DNA from: an uncultured delta proteobacterium
GTDB taxonomy: Bacteria; Desulfobacterota; Zymogenia; Zymogenales; Zymogenaceae
DNA length: 64,000 nt
Assembly: GCA_963792965.1 (NCBI GenBank)
Contig: CAWBYW010000016.1
Span: 32,001-96,000, forward strand
Reading direction: 5' to 3'
Shown here piece after piece: positions 60,300-64,000 of the stretch (positions are counted from its first letter, which is position 1; the number at the start of each line of letters is the position of its first letter). The notes beneath the pieces were generated by a model, which was not told the origin of the DNA, did no database searches, and saw only the letters and a program-made list of their open reading frames with translations. The translations under genes and the position numbers were made by a program.

Positions 60300-63200
60300 T
60301 CACTGTCCCAGCACCTGGTTCAGTATTCTCAGAAACTCATCGATCTTGAAGGGTTTCGCGATGAATTTATTACCGGTCACCTCCAGAAACGTCTGGGTCT
60401 CTTCGCTGAGGGTATCTCCGGTGATAAAGAGCATCCTCTTGGCGATACTCGGGTGTTTGTTAATAATATACGCATAGAGCTCCATTCCCCCCATACCCGG
60501 CATCTTTATATCGGTGACGATCGCGTCAAACTTTTCTTTCTCGATCAATTTGACGGCCTCTGCACCCGACGACGCCGTCTCCACGGAGCTCCCACTGTCA
60601 CAGAGAACCCGGGAAAGGAGATTCCTGAGGTATTCCTCGTCGTCTATGACGAGGATCCTTTTCCCCGCCTGACCGGTCCCCGGTAGGGTGCTCTCTTCGT
60701 TTTCCATTTCCTGGCTCCTGACAATAGGGATGGTTACCGTGAACTTCGCCCCCTTTCCGAGCTCGCTTTCCACATCTATTGTTCCCCCCTGCTCGTTGAT
60801 AATGCCGAAGGCCATGGAAAGGCCAAGTCCCGTGCCCTTGCCCACGTCTTTCGTGGTGAAGAATGGATCGAAGATTCTTTTCAGGTTTTCCTTCTTGATC
60901 CCCGGGCCGTCGTCTTCGAACTCGGTGAAAAGGACATTATCTCGGTCGTAGGTGCGAATGGTCAGCGCGCCTCCTCCCTTTTCAATGAGTGCGTCCCGGG
61001 CGTTGTTAATGATATTAGTATAGACCTGCTGGAGTAGGTACGGATCGGTATGTGTGAGCGGTATGCCGGGTGAAAGAGACAACTTCACTTCGATATTGCT
61101 CGTTTTCAAATGATACTCTCTCAGCTTATAGGATTCCAAAATGATATCGTTGATGTTTATCGTTCTCCTCTCCGAGCGATGCTCTCGGGCGAACGTCAAA
61201 AGGCCGCTGACTATCCGCGCCGCCCTGTCCGATTCTTTGTATATCACCTCCAATGCGTTGACGATATTCCGAGGGATGGTGCTATCCCTGAGCAAGAGCT
61301 CCGCGTTTCCCATAATAGCGGTCAATGGGTTATTCAGCTCATGGGCAACCCCGGAGATCATCGTTCCCAGGCCGGACAGTTTTTCCGACTGCACCAGTTG
61401 GAGCTCCAGCCTCTTCATCTGCGTGACATCCTTGACGGTTCCCTGCAGGCCGATAACGTTTCCGTCCCCGTCCCTTCTGGCCACCACCGTCAGGAGGACG
61501 TCGACCGGCGTACCGTCTTTCTTCTTGAGCCTCAGCTCGTAATTTTCCACGGACCCCTCACTCATCACCTTCTTTACGATCTTCTCCCTTTCCTCCGGGT
61601 ACGCATAAAGATCCCTCAGGTTCAGGTTCAGAATCTCTTCGTCCGAATAGCCAAAAAAGTCCCTTCCGGACCTGTTATATTCGAGGATTTTTCCGTCCAG
61701 CGAGGCGATGTAAAGGAAATCACGGGACGTCTCGAACATATTCCTGAATTTCTCCTCGGACTCCCTGAGGGCCTCCTCGGCCTTCCTGCGCTCGGAGATG
61801 TCTCGGGTGATGCCGAGAATCCCGGTCAGACCGCCCCGTTCGTCCCGCAGGGACGAAAACGTGGTCTCGGTCCAGATAGTGGAGCCGTCCTTGCACGTCT
61901 CTTCCATCTCCAGCGTCCTGGTGCGGGTAAGGTCCTTGGGTAGTTCCGCCTCGATTTTCAGCTCTTCGCCCAACACATCCAGCGCAACTATTAGGGAGCC
62001 CGGCGTCAGGGCCTCGGCCGCGGTTTGGGCGAGCGCTTCCTCTACGGTGAAGCCGCGAATGCGTGTCACCGATGGGCTGATGTAGGTAAAGTGGAGGTTC
62101 ATATCGGCGGTGAAGATAATATCGTTAGCGTTCTCGGCAAGTAAGCGATATCGCTGCTCGCTGTCCCTGAGCGCCGATTCGGCTTTTTTCCGCACGGTAA
62201 TGTCTCGCATGATCTCCATCGAGCATGAGTCTCCGTCGGGCATCTTAATCGGCGATGAATGCACCTCCAGGTATGTGCCGTCCTCAAGACGGATTTCTCT
62301 CGACAGACACCTCTTTTTTGTAACGGCCTCCGGAGCCATACAATATTCGCACGGGGCAACTATCCCATGGTAAAACTCGTGGCACTTTTTCCCTACTCCT
62401 TCCCCAAATCTCTTCTTTGCCGTCGAATTTTGAAAAATGATCGTGTAGTCCTTATCGATAATATCTATCGAATCGACCATACTGTTGATAATGGTCTCAT
62501 TGAATTCTTTCAGGTAGAGTATCTGTTCCCGCGCCCTTTTCTCCTCGGTGATGTCCTGTAAGAATCCCTCAACGTACTGGAATGCTTCCGTGGAGTCAAA
62601 TACGAGCCGTATGTGTACCCTTGCGGTGATAACGGCGCCGTCTTTTCGACGCCAGTCGGCCTCAAAGAATCCCCATCCTTTTTGTTGGGCCATCTCTTCG
62701 ATGGCCTTTACCCGATCTTCCGGGTTGGCGTAGAGATCTTTTTTGAAGTCCCTTACGGACGATATTACCTCTTCCGGTGAATCGTACCCAAGAATCCGGG
62801 CAAGAGCGCTATTGACGCGGAGGAACCTCCCATCGGGATGTGAATGAAAGATGCCGAAAGCGGCGTTTTCGAAAAGCGCCCGGTATCGTTCTTCCGACTG
62901 CCGAAGCGCCTCCTCGTTACGCCTGCGCTCTGTGATGTCTCTTCCCACTCCAAGGATCTCGACGGGGTCCCCTTTTTCATCGGATATCAACGACAACGAG
63001 ACTTCCGACCAGTAGGTCGTGCCGTCTTTTCGGAACCACTCGAGGCTGACCGTCTCCGGCAGCCTTGTCTCCCCTCCCCCGACCTTCTCTTGAGACAGCA
63101 TATCCAGGACGGCCTTAACCATCGTCTCATATGATTCAGACGTCAGGTTTTTTTCCAGCGGCAGCGCCTTGAGCTCCTCAAAGGTGTACCCCCGCGCGCG

Positions 63201-64000
63201 TTCCACGGAGGGGCTTATAAAAACAGGCTTGAGGTTCCTGTCCAAGACCCAGACGGTGTCCCTCATATGCTGCGTGATGATACGGTAGCGCTCCTCGCTT
63301 TTCCTGAAAGCCTCGTCGGCTTTTTTTCGCTCCGTCACGTCCCGCGCGATTCCGTGAACCTCGACAACCCTTCCCTTATCCCATACGAGCCGCTCCCTGG
63401 TCTCGATCGTTCTGACGCTTTTGTCCTTGTCGTATAATTGAATCTCATAAGCCCCGATCTCCTCTCCCTTCAACCGCCTCATGAAAAGCCGCACGGTATG
63501 TTCATACGATTCGGGAGTGGCCAGGTCCTTGAAATTCATGCCGACGAGCCTGTCGAGGGGCTCGCCGAGGCTCTCGCAGGCGGTCCTGTTCAGAAACTTG
63601 ATGTCGCCCCCGCCGTCCAGCACATAGATAAAATCACTGGTGTTCTCAACCACCTCCTTGTAGAGATCTCTCGCTTCTTCTACGAACCTCTTTTTTTGCA
63701 GGGCAATTTCAATAGTAGCTTTCAGCTCCGCGGATTTGAACGGCTTGAGGATATACCCGTCCGCTCCCGCGTCCTTCACCCGTTCGATCACTGTCTCTTC
63801 ATCATGGGAGGTCAGAAAAACGACCGGTATGTGGAGTTCTCTGCCGATTATTTGCGCGGCCCGGATGCCGTCCATCTCTCCGGGCATGACGATATCCATG
63901 AGGATCACGTCCGGACGTGCTTCCCTTGCACGCAGCACCGCTTCTTCCCCAGAATTTGCCCTGGCAACCACCTCATAGCCGGACGAAGCAAGGCTGTCTT
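60300..64000 (-). CDS. hybrid sensor kinase REC-6xPAS-HisKA-HATPase-REC (5' end outside window)
   Basis: DVILMDI REC, six PAS/PAC repeats ending D(I/V)(T/S), GVAHELNNP, GTGLGL, C-terminal REC. Confidence 0.93.
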   Translation of the reverse strand, partial: DSLASSGYEVVARANSGEEAVLRAREARPDVILMDIVMPGEMDGIRAAQIIGRELHIPVVFLTSHDEETVIERVKDAGADGYILKPFKSAELKATIEIALQKKRFVEEARDLYKEVVENTSDFIYVLDGGGDIKFLNRTACESLGEPLDRLVGMNFKDLATPESYEHTVRLFMRRLKGEEIGAYEIQLYDKDKSVRTIETRERLVWDKGRVVEVHGIARDVTERKKADEAFRKSEERYRIITQHMRDTVWVLDRNLKPVFISPSVERARGYTFEELKALPLEKNLTSESYETMVKAVLDMLSQEKVGGGETRLPETVSLEWFRKDGTTYWSEVSLSLISDEKGDPVEILGVGRDITERRRNEEALRQSEERYRALFENAAFGIFHSHPDGRFLRVNSALARILGYDSPEEVISSVRDFKKDLYANPEDRVKAIEEMAQQKGWGFFEADWRRKDGAVITARVHIRLVFDSTEAFQYVEGFLQDITEEKRAREQILYLKEFNETIINSMVDSIDIIDKDYTIIFQNSTAKKRFGEGVGKKCHEFYHGIVAPCEYCMAPEAVTKKRCLSREIRLEDGTYLEVHSSPIKMPDGDSCSMEIMRDITVRKKAESALRDSEQRYRLLAENANDIIFTADMNLHFTYISPSVTRIRGFTVEEALAQTAAEALTPGSLIVALDVLGEELKIEAELPKDLTRTRTLEMEETCKDGSTIWTETTFSSLRDERGGLTGILGITRDISERRKAEEALRESEEKFRNMFETSRDFLYIASLDGKILEYNRSGRDFFGYSDEEILNLNLRDLYAYPEEREKIVKKVMSEGSVENYELRLKKKDGTPVDVLLTVVARRDGDGNVIGLQGTVKDVTQMKRLELQLVQSEKLSGLGTMISGVAHELNNPLTAIMGNAELLLRDSTIPRNIVNALEVIYKESDRAARIVSGLLTFAREHRSERRTININDIILESYKLREYHLKTSNIEVKLSLSPGIPLTHTDPYLLQQVYTNIINNARDALIEKGGGALTIRTYDRDNVLFTEFEDDGPGIKKENLKRIFDPFFTTKDVGKGTGLGLSMAFGIINEQGGTIDVESELGKGAKFTVTIPIVRSQEMENEESTLPGTGQAGKRILVIDDEEYLRNLLSRVLCDSGSSVETASSGAEAVKLIEKEKFDAIVTDIKMPGMGGMELYAYIINKHPSIAKRMLFITGDTLSEETQTFLEVTGNKFIAKPFKIDEFLRILNQVLGQ

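Overview
Chromosomal window from a GC-rich, probably anaerobic Gram-negative bacterium (lpxC, superoxide reductase, deltaproteobacterial-style ntrYX/DUF4390 and tig-clpP-clpX-lon; the Desulfobacterota-like assignment is inference). It holds about 60 protein genes and six tRNAs (Lys-TTT, Glu-TTC, Lys-CTT, Leu-TAG, Val-TAC, Asp-GTC). Many genes are split by small indels in clustered stretches, most likely long-read consensus errors. Main observations: (1) downstream of tRNA-Glu, two further degenerate copies of the tRNA 3' end, each followed by a terminator, separate three single-gene islets (V4R-like protein, PG-binding/L,D-transpeptidase-like protein, Schlafen/AlbA_2 protein), with no integrase in view; (2) an integrase-less integron cassette array (CALIN) with two recognisable attC sites; (3) a five-gene SPFH/zinc-ribbon operon (helical protein, SPFH-3xZn ribbon, three YdjG-like paralogs) without pspA, running into lpxC-DUF4390-ntrY-ntrX; (4) an AT-rich coiled-coil/PD-(D/E)xK-like orphan beside the second tRNA cluster; (5) three stand-alone V4R-type proteins, a cupredoxin-fold protein with no copper ligands, and a PerR-like box at the SOR promoter. 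All family calls come from motif recognition by eye; no database searches were run.
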